Below are positions 45,173-55,810 of a DNA stretch of 55,823 bases, piece by piece. Under the pieces are notes generated by a model that worked only from the letters and a program-made list of their open reading frames with translations, searched no databases and was not told the DNA's origin. The DNA is from Deltaproteobacteria bacterium CG11_big_fil_rev_8_21_14_0_20_42_23 (lineage in GTDB: Bacteria > UBA10199 > 2-02-FULL-44-16), in NCBI GenBank assembly GCA_002796345.1, contig PCXC01000028.1, positions 60,009 through 115,831 of the forward strand. Direction: 5' to 3'. Every line of letters begins with the position of its first letter. Position 1 is the stretch's first letter. The translations under genes were made by a program, and so were the position numbers.

Positions 45173-47710
45173 ATGAAATATTCCCCATCCCACATAGAAC
45201 CCAAATGGCAGAAGGCCTGGAGAGAAAACGGTGTTTTCAAAACTCCCACAGATCTTGCCGTTTTAAAGCAAAAACCAAAGTATTATATTCTCGACATGTT
45301 TCCCTATCCTTCCGGTGCAGGCTTGCATGTGGGCCATCCTGAAGGCTACACCGCCACCGATGTGCTCGCACGCCTAAAACGAATGCAGGGTTTTCACGTG
45401 CTTCATCCTATGGGCTGGGATGCATTTGGTCTGCCCGCAGAGCGAGCTGCCATGCGCAGTAAAAGGCATCCGGCTGAAATCACCAAAGAAAATATTTCAA
45501 ACTTCAAAGGCCAAATTGAACGCTTGGGTTTTAGCTACGACTGGGACAGAGAGCTGAGCACTACCGATGAAGATTACTACAAATGGACGCAGTGGATTTT
45601 TCTCAAGTTGTATGAACGCGGACTTGCCTACATGGCGGAAGTGCCCGTCAACTGGTGCCCAGCACTTGGAACGGTTCTAGCCAACGAAGAAGTGAAAGAC
45701 GGCGTTTATGTGGAAACCGGCGATAAAGTAGAGCGCCGTTTAATGAAACAGTGGATGCTGAAAATTACAGCCTATGCCGAACGATTGCTGGAAGACTTAG
45801 AAGAACTAGACTGGCCTGAAGGTGTAAAAGAAATGCAACGCAATTGGATTGGAAAATCTTACGGCGCTGAAATAGAGTTTCATGTAAAAGATTTTGAGCA
45901 TCGCTTTACGGTTTATACTACGCGCCCAGATACCTTATTTGGGGCAACATATTGTGTGCTTGCACCAGAACATGACTTGCTAGAGCGCATTTGTAGCAAC
46001 GAACAACGCGAAGCAGTAGAAAAATACCAAGAACAGGCAAAGCACAAAACTGATCTTGCCAGAACTGATCTTGCCAAAGAAAAAACAGGTGTTTTCACTG
46101 GTGCCTATGCTGTTCATCCCGTTACGGGAAAACCACTTCCCATATGGATTGCAGACTATGTGCTCATTACGTACGGAACCGGTTCAATTATGGCGGTTCC
46201 TGCTCATGACGAACGAGACCATGAGTTTGCAAAAACTTTTTCACTTCCCATTTTGGAAGTTATTTCTGGTTCCGAAAAAAATATTCAAGATTGCGCTTAT
46301 GCCGGCGATGGCAAACTGATTAACTCAGATTTTCTTAATGGTCTTGATGTCGAAGAAGCCAAGAAAAAAATGCTTGCTTGGCTTGAAGAACAGAAAAAGG
46401 GAACTTCAAAAATTCAATATCGTTTGCGCGATTGGCTTTTTTCAAGGCAACGCTATTGGGGCGAGCCCATTCCCGTTCTGCATTTTGAAAATGGCTCAAC
46501 CGTACCTGTAAGCGAAAGTGATTTGCCAATAACGCTTCCACAAATTGATGAATATGCTCCAACAGAAGATGGCGAGCCGCCACTAGCAAGAGCAGATAAA
46601 GACTGGCTTTGCGTCGATCTTCCGCAAGGAAAGGCCTGGCGAGAAACAAACACCATGCCGCAGTGGGCAGGCTCTTGTTGGTATTACCTTCGCTATATTG
46701 ATCCCAAAAATAAAGAAGAAGCTTGGTCTGCAGATTTAGAAAAATATTGGATGCCGGTTGATCTCTACATAGGTGGAGTGGAACACGCCGTGCTTCATTT
46801 ATTGTATGCGCGATTTTGGCATAAAGTCTTGTTTGACTGTGGCTATGTCTCAACAAAAGAACCATTTCAAAAACTTTTTAATCAAGGAATGATTCTGGCT
46901 TATAGCTACCAAGATGCGCGTGGAAAATATTATCATCCAGATGAAGTAACAGAAAAAGAGGAAAAATATTTTACACAAAGTGGTGATCCCCTTGTTTCGC
47001 AAGTAGAAAAAATGTCGAAGTCAAAACAAAATGTAGTGAATCCGGATGATGTCGTGCAGCAATATGGAGCAGATGCCATGCGGCTTTACGAGCTTTTCAT
47101 GGGTCCGCTTGAAAGTTCGAAGCCATGGCAAATGGATGGAGTTGAAGGCATCAATCGCTTTTTATCTCGTGTGTGGCGTTTGGTCATTGATGAGCAAACA
47201 GGCGAAAAAAATCAAAAGCTTCAAGCAACAGATCCTACAACTGAACCAACACTTTTGAAAGCCCTTCACAAAACCATCAAAAAAGTAAACGATGATACAA
47301 CTCATTTGCAATTTAATACTGCCATTTCTCAAATGATGATTTTTATCAATGAAGCATCTCACGCAGCAACGCTTCCACTTGATATTGTTTCAACTTTTTT
47401 AAAGCTCTTAAATATTTACGCACCACACATTGCAGAAGAACTATGGCAACAACTTGGAATGAACGGTTTTATCTGCCAGCAAAGATGGCCAAGTTATGAT
47501 GAAAAACTTACGGTTGATGATACCATTCAGTTGGTGGTGCAGATTAATGGGAAAAAGAAAGAAACCATTGAAGTGGCAAGAGATGCCAGCCAAAAAGAAT
47601 TAGAAAAAATTGCACTGGAAAATGAAAAAATAAAATCGCAACTCGAAGGAAAAACGGTAAGAAAAATTATTGTGGTGCCTTCACGACTTGTAAATATTGT
47701 GGCGACTTAG
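45173..47710 (+). CDS. leuS: leucine--tRNA ligase
   Basis: ATG at 45173 ([13 protein letters not shown]). HIGH-type [16 protein letters not shown], and a CP1 editing domain. Confidence 0.97.
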   Translation: MKYSPSHIEPKWQKAWRENGVFKTPTDLAVLKQKPKYYILDMFPYPSGAGLHVGHPEGYTATDVLARLKRMQGFHVLHPMGWDAFGLPAERAAMRSKRHPAEITKENISNFKGQIERLGFSYDWDRELSTTDEDYYKWTQWIFLKLYERGLAYMAEVPVNWCPALGTVLANEEVKDGVYVETGDKVERRLMKQWMLKITAYAERLLEDLEELDWPEGVKEMQRNWIGKSYGAEIEFHVKDFEHRFTVYTTRPDTLFGATYCVLAPEHDLLERICSNEQREAVEKYQEQAKHKTDLARTDLAKEKTGVFTGAYAVHPVTGKPLPIWIADYVLITYGTGSIMAVPAHDERDHEFAKTFSLPILEVISGSEKNIQDCAYAGDGKLINSDFLNGLDVEEAKKKMLAWLEEQKKGTSKIQYRLRDWLFSRQRYWGEPIPVLHFENGSTVPVSESDLPITLPQIDEYAPTEDGEPPLARADKDWLCVDLPQGKAWRETNTMPQWAGSCWYYLRYIDPKNKEEAWSADLEKYWMPVDLYIGGVEHAVLHLLYARFWHKVLFDCGYVSTKEPFQKLFNQGMILAYSYQDARGKYYHPDEVTEKEEKYFTQSGDPLVSQVEKMSKSKQNVVNPDDVVQQYGADAMRLYELFMGPLESSKPWQMDGVEGINRFLSRVWRLVIDEQTGEKNQKLQATDPTTEPTLLKALHKTIKKVNDDTTHLQFNTAISQMMIFINEASHAATLPLDIVSTFLKLLNIYAPHIAEELWQQLGMNGFICQQRWPSYDEKLTVDDTIQLVVQINGKKKETIEVARDASQKELEKIALENEKIKSQLEGKTVRKIIVVPSRLVNIVAT

Positions 47711-47732
47711 TCTTAAGGTTTGGAGAACATTT

Positions 47733-50700
47733 ATGTCTCGGCAAGAAGAAGCTCTTCAAGAGCAGGAGAAAGAAAGCCAATTTAGTTTTGTTCAGATGGA
47801 ACACAGTGTGCTTGCGTTTTGGGAACAAAACACTGTCTTTGAAAAAAGTTTAGAAAAAACAAAAAAGAAACCAATTTATATTTTTTATGATGGCCCTCCT
47901 TTTGCGACAGGACTTCCTCATCATGGCCATCTTGTAGCCAGCACCATTAAAGACATCATCCCGCGTTATTTTACGATGCAAGGCAGATATGTAGAACGCC
48001 GCTTTGGCTGGGACTGCCATGGTTTGCCCATTGAACAAGAAATCGACAAGCACTACCAAATGTCTGCAAGCGATTATGTGAGCAAGCATGGTTTGAAAAG
48101 TTACAACGATGAATGCCGCGGCATTGTTCAAAAGTATACGGGTGAATGGAAGAAGACAATTACGCGTTTGGGCCGTTGGGTTGACTTCAAAAACGATTAT
48201 AAAACTATGGATCTCGAGTTTATGGAATCGGTTTGGTGGGTCTTCAAACAAGCGTGGGAGAAGGGGCTTATCTATCAAGGCAGAAAAGTGGTTCCTTATT
48301 CTACAGAACTTCAAACCGGGTTATCAAATTTTGAAGCCACTTCAAATTACCACACCGTGCAAGATCCAGCTCTTACCGTTCTCTTCAAACTGAAAGATGA
48401 AGATTGCTTTATTGCTGCGTGGACAACTACTCCGTGGACACTTCCTTCTAACTTGGGACTTTGTGTTCACCGCGATATCGATTACGTAAAAGTTCAAGAT
48501 GAAGAACACAAAAGAAGTTTTTATATTGCCGAATCAAGATTAGCTCCGCTGCAAAAAAAATATCAACTTACACTTTTAGAAACCATAAAAGGAAGTGAAC
48601 TTGTTGGTAAAAAATACGAACCTCTTTTTCCTTATTTTAAAGAGAAAAAAAATGAAGGCGCTTTTGTTATTTTAGCAGACGACTACGTTTCAATTGAAGA
48701 TGGAACTGGAGTGGTTCATCTTGCTCCTGATTTTGGAGAAGACGACAATCGTATCTTCGCAGAAGCAGGTCTAAAAGCAGTTTCCGCTTGCCCAATAGAT
48801 GCAGCTGGAAAATTTACGTCCGAGGTTTCTGACTATGCTGGTGTTTTTGTGAAGGATGCTGACAAAGACATTATCAAAAAACTAAAAGATCGAAATCTTG
48901 TTTTAGATCACACGACGATTGAACATAATTATCCTTATTGCCCTCGAACTGACACTCCACTTATCTATAGAACATTGCCTCAGTGGTATTTGAATGTTGA
49001 AAAAATTAAAGACGATATCGTTGCTGCAAATTGCCAAGTGAATTGGGTGCCTGAACATATCAAAGAAGGCCGCTTTGGAAAGTGGCTTGAAAATGCAAGA
49101 GATTGGGCCATTTCGCGGAACCGATATTGGGGAACGCCACTTCCTATTTGGATAAATTCTACAACGGGAAAAGCTTATTGTGTGGGCAGCAGAGAAGAGT
49201 TGGAAAAATTAACTCAAGAAAAAATTACTGATTTACATCGTGAAAATATTGACCAGCTCAGCTTTAAACTTCAAGGAGAAGAGGGTGAATATCAACGCAT
49301 TCCAGAAGTTTTAGATTGTTGGTTTGAATCTGGTTCAATGCCATACGCGCAACTTCATTATCCTTTTGAAAACGAAAAAATATTTCAAGCAGGTTTTCCT
49401 GCAGAATTTATTGCTGAAGGTTTGGATCAAACACGTGGTTGGTTTTATACCTTGATGGTGCTTTCAAGCATGCTGTATCAAAAGCCAGCTTTTAAAAATG
49501 TGATTGTAAATGGCTTGGTGCTTTCTTCCGATGGCAGAAAGATGTCAAAGCGTTTGAAAAATTACACGCCACCCGATGTGCTGATGGAAGAATATGGTGC
49601 AGATGCTTTAAGGCTTTTCTTGATCAACTCTGGAGTGGTGAAGGGTGAGGAACTCAAATTCACTGATGAAGGCGTAAAAGACATGGTACGCCGCGTTTTG
49701 CTGCCATGGTATAACGCGTTTAAGTTTTTTGACACGTATGCTTCTTTGGATAAATGGAAGCTTCAAGATCATTTTGTCGAAGGTAAAAATATTACAGATC
49801 AGTGGATTGTTTCAAAACTTCAAAGCCTTGTTCATGATGTAAGTGAAGAAATGAATGCTTATCATTTGTACAACGTTGTTCCGCGACTTTTTTCCTTCAT
49901 CGAAGATCTTACCAATTGGTATATTCGCTTGAATCGAAGACGTTTTTGGGAAGAAGGTTTAGAGAAAGATAAGCAAGAAGCCTATTCGGCTTTATATCTT
50001 TCTATAAAAACACTTTCTACATTAATGGCACCTTTTGCGCCGTTTTTATCGGAACATATTTTTCGTTCTTTAAAAAAATATGCGGATGATCAACACGAAT
50101 CTGTTCATCTTTGTGATTTTCCTAAAGCTGACGAAAGCAAAATAAATAAAACACTCGAAGATGCCATGGGAAGAATGCAGCAAATTATTTTGCTGGGCCG
50201 TCAGAAAAGAAATCAAGAACAAGTTAAAATTAAAACTCCGCTTCGAACTCTTAGCATTGTTCATCGAAGCGAAGTGACATTGAATGAAATAAAAAAATTG
50301 GAAGGCTACATTCGAAGTGAACTGAATATCAAAGAAGTAAACTACACAACAGATGAACAAAAATTCATTAAACTCTATGCAAAACCAAACGCACCGTTGC
50401 TTGGAAAACGTTTTGGAAAACAATTTGCTCAGATTAGAAAACTTATTACTGAGCTTGATTCAAATGCCCTGAGTGAATTTGAAGAAAAGTGTGAATTGAT
50501 GCTTTCCGGCGAAACTTTTTCAGCAGATGATCTTTTGGTTTTTCGTGAAGCTCTTGAAAATACCCATGCTGTTTCGAATCGATTTATCACCATTGATCTT
50601 GATTGCACTTTGGATGAGGCTCTTATTTTGGAAGGGTTTGCACGAGAAGTTGTGAGCAGAATTCAAAAGCATCGCAAAGAATCCGGATTGGAAGTTTCCG

Positions 50701-50882
50701 ATCGCATTTGCTTAAGTTTATCAGGATCGAAGAAAATTGAAGAAGCCGTAAAGCTGCATAAAGACTACATATCCCAAGAAACGCTAGCGGTTTCATGTGA
50801 GATTGTTCCAAATGCAAAACAGAGTGAAAGCACATTCGAAATTGGTGATGAGCTTTTAAATATTCAACTTCATAAAGCATAA
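47733..50882 (+). CDS. ileS: isoleucine--tRNA ligase, type 2 (eukaryote-like)
   Basis: ATG at 47733 (GGAG SD). YDGPPFATGLPHHGH and KMSKRLKNYTPP. About 1050 aa with no C-terminal Zn-finger tail. Confidence 0.97.
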   Translation: MSRQEEALQEQEKESQFSFVQMEHSVLAFWEQNTVFEKSLEKTKKKPIYIFYDGPPFATGLPHHGHLVASTIKDIIPRYFTMQGRYVERRFGWDCHGLPIEQEIDKHYQMSASDYVSKHGLKSYNDECRGIVQKYTGEWKKTITRLGRWVDFKNDYKTMDLEFMESVWWVFKQAWEKGLIYQGRKVVPYSTELQTGLSNFEATSNYHTVQDPALTVLFKLKDEDCFIAAWTTTPWTLPSNLGLCVHRDIDYVKVQDEEHKRSFYIAESRLAPLQKKYQLTLLETIKGSELVGKKYEPLFPYFKEKKNEGAFVILADDYVSIEDGTGVVHLAPDFGEDDNRIFAEAGLKAVSACPIDAAGKFTSEVSDYAGVFVKDADKDIIKKLKDRNLVLDHTTIEHNYPYCPRTDTPLIYRTLPQWYLNVEKIKDDIVAANCQVNWVPEHIKEGRFGKWLENARDWAISRNRYWGTPLPIWINSTTGKAYCVGSREELEKLTQEKITDLHRENIDQLSFKLQGEEGEYQRIPEVLDCWFESGSMPYAQLHYPFENEKIFQAGFPAEFIAEGLDQTRGWFYTLMVLSSMLYQKPAFKNVIVNGLVLSSDGRKMSKRLKNYTPPDVLMEEYGADALRLFLINSGVVKGEELKFTDEGVKDMVRRVLLPWYNAFKFFDTYASLDKWKLQDHFVEGKNITDQWIVSKLQSLVHDVSEEMNAYHLYNVVPRLFSFIEDLTNWYIRLNRRRFWEEGLEKDKQEAYSALYLSIKTLSTLMAPFAPFLSEHIFRSLKKYADDQHESVHLCDFPKADESKINKTLEDAMGRMQQIILLGRQKRNQEQVKIKTPLRTLSIVHRSEVTLNEIKKLEGYIRSELNIKEVNYTTDEQKFIKLYAKPNAPLLGKRFGKQFAQIRKLITELDSNALSEFEEKCELMLSGETFSADDLLVFREALENTHAVSNRFITIDLDCTLDEALILEGFAREVVSRIQKHRKESGLEVSDRICLSLSGSKKIEEAVKLHKDYISQETLAVSCEIVPNAKQSESTFEIGDELLNIQLHKA

Positions 50883-50899
50883 CAAACGAAGGAGTTATC

Positions 50900-51223
50900 A
50901 TGGCAAACGTATGTGAAATTACCCGAAAGAAATCTCCAAAAGCAGAAGCAGGAAAAAAATCTGTACTTCAAAAGCGAAAAATTGAACTTCCAGAATTTAA
51001 AACGGCTTACAGACTCCATGTTTCTGAAGAAGGTCTTAAAGTGCTTAAAGACAAAGGTGGACTCGCAAGTTTTTTAAAAGAGCAAGACGAGAAAAAACTT
51101 TCTGCTAAACTTCAACGCGTTAAAAGAAAACACGGACTCGTAAAACAAGAAGAGAAAAAAGCCGAAGAAGCACCAGCTGCAGAAACTGTACCAGCAGCTA
51201 GCGAAGAAACTGTAGCGGAATAA
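50900..51223 (+). CDS. divergent ribosomal-protein-L28-like small basic protein with an acidic/Ala-rich tail
   Basis: Strong SD AAGGAG. N-terminus MANVCEITRKK resembles bL28 M..VCE.TGKK, and RLHVSEEGLKVLKDKGGL resembles RV.VS.K.LR.IDKKG. The central GNN.SH block is absent. Confidence 0.45.
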   Translation: MANVCEITRKKSPKAEAGKKSVLQKRKIELPEFKTAYRLHVSEEGLKVLKDKGGLASFLKEQDEKKLSAKLQRVKRKHGLVKQEEKKAEEAPAAETVPAASEETVAE

Positions 51224-51255
51224 GATTGAGCATGAAGACAAAGTACAACTCTTTA

Positions 51256-51274
51256 CCCCGCACAAAATGCGGGG
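51256..51274. other. GC-rich hairpin between convergent genes (possible weak terminator)
   Basis: CCCCGCA (51256..51262), loop CAAAA, TGCGGGG (51268..51274). No U-tract on either strand. Confidence 0.35.
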
Positions 51275-51288
51275 GAGAGAGTACGTGC

Positions 51289-53115
51289 TTAGTCTAAGTT
51301 TTTTGTTTTTAGTTTTCTTTTGTTTTGATCGAGAATTGCTTTGCGAAGACGAACGCTTTTTGGTGTCACTTCAACTAATTCATCGTCTTGAACAAATTCA
51401 ATGGCTTGTTCCAAAGTGAGGGGTTGAATTGGGGTAAGGGTAACCGCTTCATCTTTGCTGGTTGTTCTAATATTCGTAAGTTTTTTCGTTCTGCTTGGAT
51501 TTACATTCAGATCATTTTCTCGATTGTACTCTCCAATGATCATACCTTCGTAATGAGGTTGACCTGGAGTAATGAAAAGACGGCCGCGCTCTTCTAAATA
51601 CCACAATCCGTAGGCAACCGCATTTCCAGAGCGATCAGCTACGAGTGAGCCAGACTTTCTGGTTTCTATGGTGCCTTTCATTTCTTCGTATCCATCGAGT
51701 GAAGAATTGAGAATTCCAGTTCCTTTTGTATCGGTCATAAATTCATTTCGAAACCCAATTAAACCACGTGAAGGAACTTTAAATTCGATACGAGTTCTTC
51801 CGCTGTTGCTTGCACCATCCATATGAACCATGATGCCTTTTCGGCGGCCTAATTTCTCGGTGACAACTCCCGCGAATTCTGAATCTACGTCTACAATAAC
51901 ATGTTCGATAGGCTCGTGTTTTTTTCCATCAATTTCTTTAAACAGAATGCGAGGCTTTCCAACCGCCAATTCAAAATCTTCACGACGCATCTGTTCAATA
52001 AGAATAGCAAGTTGAAGTTCTCCGCGGCCCTTTACAATATAGGCATCTCCCGTGGGGTCTTTCTCCACGCTAATGGCAACGTTGTACAATGTTTCTTTAA
52101 AAAGCCTTTCACCAATGCGAGCTGATTGCACAAACTTTCCTTCTTTTCCAGAAAGGGGAGAGGTGTTCACCATAAACGTCATGGCAACCGTTGGTTCTTC
52201 AACATGAATACGTTTGTAAGCTTTGATATTATCTTTGTGGCAAATGGTATCACCAATATGTACATCTTCAGCACCAGATAAAATAACAATCTCGCCAGGC
52301 CCTACTTCAGCCACATCTTCATATTGAACACCTTTGTACACCTGTAAATGAGATACACGAAGAGGAAGTACTTGATCATTTTCTTGTATGCACACAAGCT
52401 GGTCATTTTTCTTTGCAGAACCATTCATCACTCTTCCAATGGCGAGTCTTCCTGTGTAATCAGAATAGGCAATGTTGCAGACTATCATCTGAAACGGTTC
52501 TTGATCATCGTATTTTGGCCCTGGGATTTCATTTACAATGGTATCGAAGAGAGGCTTTAGGCTATCGGATTCATCGCTTAATTCTTTTTTTGCAATGCCA
52601 TCACGGCCAACTGCATACAGAAGAGGAAATTCGATTTGCTCATCAGTTGCACCAAGGTCGATGAAGAGATCGTAAATTTGATTTACCACTTCCTGAACTT
52701 GAGCATCTTTTCGGTCGATTTTATTAACGACGACAACAATTTTGAGATGTTCACTCAGCGCTTTTTTAAGCACGAAGCGGGTTTGCGGCAGGGTACCTTC
52801 TGCAGAATCGACAAGCAAAATTGCTCCATCCACCATGAAAAGTGAGCGTTCAACTTCACCTCCAAAGTCGGCGTGACCTGGAGTATCGATGATGTTGATT
52901 TTGGTATCACCATACAAAATGGAACAATTTTTTGCGGAGATGGTGATGCCTCTTTCACGTTCCAAATCGAGGTTGTCCATAAGACGTTCTGCCACTTCTT
53001 GGTTTGAACGGAAAAGGCCACTCTGTTTGAACATCTGGTCAACAAGCGTTGTTTTTCCATGGTCAACGTGAGCGATGATGGCGATGTTACGAATTTTTTT
53101 ATTTTCTTGGTTCAT
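51289..53115 (-). CDS. typA: translational GTPase TypA/BipA
   Basis: AHVDHGKTT, DTPGHADF and NKIDR motifs. 608 aa with an EF-G-like domain layout. Confidence 0.96.
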   Translation of the reverse strand: MNQENKKIRNIAIIAHVDHGKTTLVDQMFKQSGLFRSNQEVAERLMDNLDLERERGITISAKNCSILYGDTKINIIDTPGHADFGGEVERSLFMVDGAILLVDSAEGTLPQTRFVLKKALSEHLKIVVVVNKIDRKDAQVQEVVNQIYDLFIDLGATDEQIEFPLLYAVGRDGIAKKELSDESDSLKPLFDTIVNEIPGPKYDDQEPFQMIVCNIAYSDYTGRLAIGRVMNGSAKKNDQLVCIQENDQVLPLRVSHLQVYKGVQYEDVAEVGPGEIVILSGAEDVHIGDTICHKDNIKAYKRIHVEEPTVAMTFMVNTSPLSGKEGKFVQSARIGERLFKETLYNVAISVEKDPTGDAYIVKGRGELQLAILIEQMRREDFELAVGKPRILFKEIDGKKHEPIEHVIVDVDSEFAGVVTEKLGRRKGIMVHMDGASNSGRTRIEFKVPSRGLIGFRNEFMTDTKGTGILNSSLDGYEEMKGTIETRKSGSLVADRSGNAVAYGLWYLEERGRLFITPGQPHYEGMIIGEYNRENDLNVNPSRTKKLTNIRTTSKDEAVTLTPIQPLTLEQAIEFVQDDELVEVTPKSVRLRKAILDQNKRKLKTKNLD

Positions 53116-53211
53116 TTTTTTCTCCGAGCCGGCGCTTCTAGCCTAAAGCTCACATCAAGTCATTCTTTTCTGGATCTTTGTGGGAATCATTTTGAAGAGG
53201 GTAAGCAGATA

Positions 53212-53244
53212 TAAAAAAACCGCCTAGAGTGATCCAGGCGGTTT
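53212..53244 (-). terminator. rho-independent terminator after the second cspA
   Basis: Stem AACCGCCT (53218..53225) / AGGCGGTT (53237..53244). On the minus strand it is followed by TTTTTTT. Confidence 0.65.
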
Positions 53245-53265
53245 TAATGTGCTTGCGTAAAAAAC

Positions 53266-53484
53266 TTATGACTGAAGTTTTACTACGTCAGTTGCGTTCT
53301 CACCTTTTGGTCCTTGACCAATGCTGAACTCAACTCTTTCGCCTTCAGCGAGTGTTTTGTATCCGTCAGCAACGATGTTGCTGTGATGTACGAAAAGATC
53401 ATTACCTTCGCCATCTGGAGTGATAAAACCAAAACCTTTACTGTCGTTGAACCATTTTACGGTTCCTTGCTTCTTGTTGGACAT
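53266..53484 (-). CDS. cspA: cold-shock protein (CspA family), second paralogue
   Basis: [25 protein letters not shown] and DLFVHH. 72 aa. Confidence 0.93.
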   Translation of the reverse strand: MSNKKQGTVKWFNDSKGFGFITPDGEGNDLFVHHSNIVADGYKTLAEGERVEFSIGQGPKGENATDVVKLQS

Positions 53485-53734
53485 ACTGTCCTCCTTAACG
53501 TGATATGCTGTAGTTCTTTGTACTGATGAATTAAGGGATGATGATTATTCCAACAAATACCCTACTTAAAACCTCGTACTGCAAATACTACAACGGTTGT
53601 TATACCGGGACTTCTTAGTCTTATAAGCACCCCAAAAGCAAGCTTTTTTTTCGTTCCCTGACGTTTTTTGCCTGAAATTACTTCCTTTTTTCCTTCCATT
53701 ATGGACCGTTTGGAAGTTTTGAGCATTGAGGGGC

Positions 53735-54346
53735 CTATTTGAGGGATGAGCCAAAAAGAAACATAGGGCCAACGCTAAAGGAAAGATCCGAGGAAAATTT
53801 GGTGCCAGAAGTGGTTTGTACCGTGGAAAAGTAGTTTCGCACAGATGCCCGCAAGCCTAGCCAAGAGCAACGGGGGAAGTAGATTTTGATCCCGCCACCC
53901 AAAAAACCACTTGGCCGGTTGGAGCTGTTAATCCTCAAAATCCCGCCACCTAGGCTTGTGAAAATTTCACTTTCGATGACCGTTTTTTTCGAAAGAAATG
54001 CTGCTGGAATGTTGAAGGTAATGTTGCCCTGAAAAGAGTAAAGATGGTCATTTGTGATCAGGCTTCCAAATTTGCTGCTAGCGTCATACTGAATCTGAGA
54101 CCAGCCAAACTCGGAACCCACCGATATTGCCGGGGTGATACGATAATCAAAATGTGCGCCAGTATGAAAAGAATGTGAAAATTTATCGCCTAAATAATCA
54201 CCAACAAAAGGAGTGAGTTCGAATCTTTTTACAGGAGCATCACGCAAATGAAATTGCAGTTCTTTTGGGATATCAGTTTCACTTGCTTGTGCGTGAAACG
54301 AAAAAAATGAAAAGAAACAAATCAAAAAAAATATTTTTGCGTGCAT
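53735..54346 (-). CDS. putative outer-membrane beta-barrel protein, 203 aa
   Basis: Signal peptide ...FHAQA-SE. Alternating amphipathic strands rich in Gly, Ser and aromatic residues throughout. Confidence 0.55.
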   Translation of the reverse strand: MHAKIFFLICFFSFFSFHAQASETDIPKELQFHLRDAPVKRFELTPFVGDYLGDKFSHSFHTGAHFDYRITPAISVGSEFGWSQIQYDASSKFGSLITNDHLYSFQGNITFNIPAAFLSKKTVIESEIFTSLGGGILRINSSNRPSGFLGGGIKIYFPRCSWLGLRASVRNYFSTVQTTSGTKFSSDLSFSVGPMFLFGSSLK

Positions 54347-54424
54347 GATGTGTCCAATGAAAAAGAGAATGGCCTTCGTATCAGAAGCGTTGATAATTTA
54401 CGATTTAAAAATACAGTGCAGCTT

Positions 54425-54802
54425 TTACTTTTCCGGGTAATGGCTGAGAGCCAATCGATTTCCTTCTGGGTCTCGAAAGTAAAGCGAATATTCAGTTTCG
54501 TGTTCAAGCAGAATTTTTTGCTCTTGTAGTTTGGTTTTCCAAACTTTTCTTTCAGTTTTGGAGATGGCCAAAGAAAGCAAGTGCCATCCCGAAGTGTTTT
54601 CACTTTTTTTCATCTCTTCACTCTGCTCCAACATGAGGATTGCATTCTCGCCAAGTGAAAACCAAGCAGAGCGAAGTGTTCCGTTTTCTGTGCGATGGTC
54701 TTGGAGGTGTTCCAAACTGAGAAAATCCCGATAGAAGGGCAGAAGGTGTTCAAGTTGTTTTGTTTTGAGTGCAATATGATGGAGATGTAGTTTTTTTTTC
54801 AT
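54425..54802 (-). CDS. VOC/glyoxalase-family protein, 125 aa
   Basis: ATG at 54802 (AAGGA SD). LHHIALKT...FYRD.L and YFRDPEGN..AL are typical VOC beta-alpha-beta-beta-beta elements. Confidence 0.75.
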   Translation of the reverse strand: MKKKLHLHHIALKTKQLEHLLPFYRDFLSLEHLQDHRTENGTLRSAWFSLGENAILMLEQSEEMKKSENTSGWHLLSLAISKTERKVWKTKLQEQKILLEHETEYSLYFRDPEGNRLALSHYPEK

Positions 54803-55158
54803 ACACGTTGTCCTTTTTTGAGCACAACCTTTTCGACAAGTTGTGTCATTTTTCTTTTCGGAAGAATATATTTTTTTAAAGAAAAAAATGAAAGCTGAAT
54901 TCTTTATTTTTTCATTATTTACCACTTCACTTCTTTCCTAGTTCATGAGCTTCGTTTCACTCTTCGTTTGACATGCTGCGTAAAATACATTTTATCCGAC
55001 AAGCTTTTTGCGAATTCTTTCACAATTTTTTCTAGAATGGAGTGGTGCATGAATAAAATTTCCTCTTTTTCTCGTCGGTCATTTTTCTGCTCTTCCTCTC
55101 TTTTCCTCTTTTCAATTCATGCGGCGGAAACTCAAGCCAGACAAACACTTCCCTTGAT

Positions 55159-55737
55159 TTGTCTCAGGATGATGTAGCGAAGGTTGTTTCACCAGCTCCC
55201 GAAGGTTGTGATGATTGCATTCTCATTTCTGAGATTCCAGTTTTAGATGGAACTACCTTTCCGTTTGCATGTGAACGAACGTCTGCAAGTGACAATTTTT
55301 CAGATAAGAGCCAAGAGTGCACACAGCAGCAGTTGTCGAATTTGATTGAGACGCATAGACCATCAAGAAGGAATGAAAAGAGAGACCCTGTAAATGGTCA
55401 AGCAGATCCAACTCATTATTCCAATTATCCTGTCACAAGAAGTTATCTTGATAATTCATCTACACACTGGCATGTTTTCACTGAGTATGCAGTTGATGAG
55501 TTGATTCAAGAAAATCTAGGTGGTTTAACTTATACTTTGCATAATTCCTCTACAAACACTTGGGTTCGCGCATTCCATCCTGCTGAAGATTGGAATTTGT
55601 CAAACGGGGCCGATGATCTAGAGCATATTTATTCCATTGGTCGCGGCATTGTTATTTTTAGAGGTGTATCTTACGGAAATACAGTTCAAGTTCTGCACAA
55701 AGCATGTCCAAATAGAGATCCAAACCATAGCCTATAA
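55159..55737 (+). CDS. hypothetical Cys-containing protein, probably the body of a secreted protein whose signal peptide lies in another frame
   Basis: ORF-track frame with a TTG start. This frame is actually open from 55057. An ATG (55049, GGAG SD) opens a signal-peptide-like ORF in the adjacent frame that stops at 55177. Confidence 0.45.
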   Translation: MSQDDVAKVVSPAPEGCDDCILISEIPVLDGTTFPFACERTSASDNFSDKSQECTQQQLSNLIETHRPSRRNEKRDPVNGQADPTHYSNYPVTRSYLDNSSTHWHVFTEYAVDELIQENLGGLTYTLHNSSTNTWVRAFHPAEDWNLSNGADDLEHIYSIGRGIVIFRGVSYGNTVQVLHKACPNRDPNHSL

Positions 55738-55810
55738 TGGCCTGACAAAACTGGACCATCAGATTTGAAAAATAAGTTCCCCAGGATGTATATAAAACCC
55801 TGGAGGAGAT

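Noticed and set aside
46335-46865. 176-aa ORF antisense within leuS (and 47850..48314 within ileS, 20415..20858 within pdxJ/acpS, 17447..17866 within ftsH, 4456..4857 within mutS)
   Set aside because: All lie inside highly conserved housekeeping genes on the opposite strand and show low-complexity or skewed composition. There is no independent support for any of them.
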